From contig MQRK01213769.1 of NCBI GenBank assembly GCA_001938485.1, positions 19,888 through 83,887 on the forward strand: 64,000 bases of DNA. The letters are read 5' to 3'. The position numbers and the translations under genes were made by a program. The DNA comes from Girardia tigrina (Eukaryota). The notes beneath the pieces were generated by a model. It was not told the DNA's origin, did no database searches, and was given only the letters and a program-made list of their open reading frames with translations. This document shows positions 63,121-64,000 of this stretch, piece by piece. Position 1 is the stretch's first letter. Each line of letters starts with the position of its first letter.

Positions 63121-63294
63121 AAATACGAATACAATATTTTTGAGCAAATAGCTCTCGCTGACTTAAATATTCTTAATTTAAAATTAAAATTTCATTTTAA
63201 ATAACTATACCAAATTCGATCAATCGATATTGTTATAGTTATTGCTATTTATATTTCTATTGATATTGATATTCTTTTTCTTGCATCTCTTTTT

Positions 63295-63352
63295 CTACAG
63301 GTGATTTTCGCGTAAGCTGGATCTCCCTGTGGATCAAATAAGTAAAACAACG

Positions 63353-63416
<64 letters not shown>

Positions 63417-63475
63417 AAGATATACTTTTTTACGCGATTATCGGTTCCTGAAAGTCATCGCGTAAAAGAGATACA
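63295..63475. mobile_element. pogo/Tigger-like MITE termini around a (TA)n run
   Basis: ttcgcgtaagctggatctccctgt and inverted ttttacgcgat / atcgcgtaaaa. Confidence 0.45.
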
Positions 63476-63794
63476 ATTTACATTAAAATCTCAATTTTGT
63501 TCCAATGTTTGTGATTATTCGCTTAAAAACGAATATCTGCATAAAGAAGACGCAAATTCTGGTGTACATATTTTGATTTATAACGAAAATGAAAACTTTA
63601 AAAATAAATACTTTCATCCGAACTAGAAATCATTTTCAGTGCTTGCTTCTTACGCCATTATCAATATCGCTAGCAGATGTGTCACAGTTTGTATTATCTT
63701 TTGTTGGTTGATGCACTAATGGTCTCTTATTTTGAACAATATATTCTGTAATACTCCGTTGTTTATACAATTTTCATCACAATAAATCTTTATG

Positions 63795-64000
63795 AAGGAT
63801 CTCGTATATAAATTTGCATATAATGGGTGTAATGCCACATACATATGAGAGACGTCCCGCCATCTCTATATGAGAATCCAAGAATACGGTCGTAATGTAG
63901 GTGGAAGTAATATTGCAGAGTACAGAAAGGGTTGTAATTCATGACGAAAACATAAACATAAATAATTTTAAAATTCTGTGTTCTTGGTTTAAGAACTATT
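63795..64000 (+). mobile_element. PLE GIY-YIG fragment running off the window end
   Basis: ggatctcgtatataaatttgc...tgtaatgccacatacat...gagacgtcccgccatctct; close to 24070-24275 in reverse. Confidence 0.88.

Noticed and set aside
63270-63345. Micro-exon with a strong polypyrimidine tract
   Set aside because: The sequence matches pogo-type MITE termini paired with 63425-63470.

Overview
Very AT-rich eukaryotic scaffold (draft assembly with six N-gaps, three of them flanked by (TA)n). The TE spectrum and degenerate TTAGGG runs suggest an invertebrate, plausibly a triclad flatworm (inference). Most of the window is a graveyard of nested, decayed transposons: Penelope-like elements (RT + GIY-YIG), three full-length but disrupted mariners, Tc1/IS630-type remnants, pogo-type MITEs, a full-length hAT with TSD, Ty3/gypsy and BEL/Pao fragments, solo LTRs, a Helitron-like remnant, and tentative Chapaev3-, Sola2- and piggyBac-like pieces. 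Three things are not explained by the ORF track. (1) Minimal type I hammerhead ribozymes sit in the Penelope pLTRs; two have intact cores, and two elements carry inverted pLTR/ribozyme pairs. (2) At least five, possibly about ten, highly divergent, stop-ridden coding fragments resemble TRAF coiled-coil + MATH (TRAF-C) domains and share family-specific motifs; two lie inside a gypsy pol. (3) There is one clean 177-nt exon of a DEG/ENaC-type channel, plus an unexplained four-copy bipartite motif shaped like a GTGAG...YAG|ATG mini-intron. All protein-family calls come from manual translation and motif recall, not from database searches.
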